From: Phoronis australis
Lineage: Eukaryota; Animalia; Phoronida
Direction: 5' to 3'
Length of the DNA stretch: 64,000 nucleotides
NCBI GenBank assembly: GCA_002633005.1
Contig: NMRA01000578.1
Coordinates: 197,952-261,951, forward strand
Positions 63,785-64,000 of this stretch are shown in pieces. Both the position numbers and the translations under genes were made by a program. Every line of letters starts with the position of its first letter. Position 1 is the stretch's first letter. The notes under the pieces were generated by a model, which saw nothing but the letters and a program-made list of their open reading frames with translations, was not told the DNA's origin and did no database searches.

Positions 63785-64000
63785 CAGGGGCGGATCCAGG
63801 ATTTTGATTAGGGACGGGCAGGGCACAGGAATAACCAGAATTTCGGCAGATGCGCGCGCCCAGCCTAAATAGTGGGGATGCAGAAGTCTCGAATTTTGGG
63901 TTTGCGGACCTGTTGACTAAAAAAAGAAACGGTAACCGGGGTTTGTTCAGGGCCTATGCATTGTTCATTCACTTTATTCATCCCCGAGCCCCCTTGGTTG
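63785..64000. mobile_element. Second copy of the composite MITE, running off the window end
   Basis: caggggcggatccaggattttgatt...gcgcgcgcccagcctaaa matches 21660-21860. Confidence 0.8.

Overview
AT-rich eukaryotic DNA with no intact protein-coding gene, RNA gene or CRISPR array that I can support. Short GT-AG introns and the transposon types suggest a marine invertebrate, possibly a tunicate (inference). From about 14.1 to 62.2 kb the window is a four-copy, diverged tandem array of a roughly 10-13 kb unit (about 14090-26590, 27592-41016, 41050-52137, 52138-62230). Each unit carries the same decayed, multi-exon, minus-strand gene, which I cannot identify (weak RNF213 N-terminus-like impression only). 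The units are peppered with shared and copy-specific insertions: a non-autonomous Kolobok (KolX plus THAP-transposase remnants, TTAA sites), two AcademX remnants, an intron-containing IS3EU-type transposase fragment, Tc1/pogo, Harbinger and hAT-like MITEs, and palindromic elements, one built from two tRNA-like halves. The first 14 kb is nested transposon debris: IS3EU pieces, a MULE-like element with a 9-bp TSD, a Penelope 3' end with a degenerate hammerhead, an unexplained direct repeat and a small spliced orphan ORF. All translations and alignments were done by eye, so coordinates of degenerate features are approximate. Family calls rest on remembered motifs, not on database searches.
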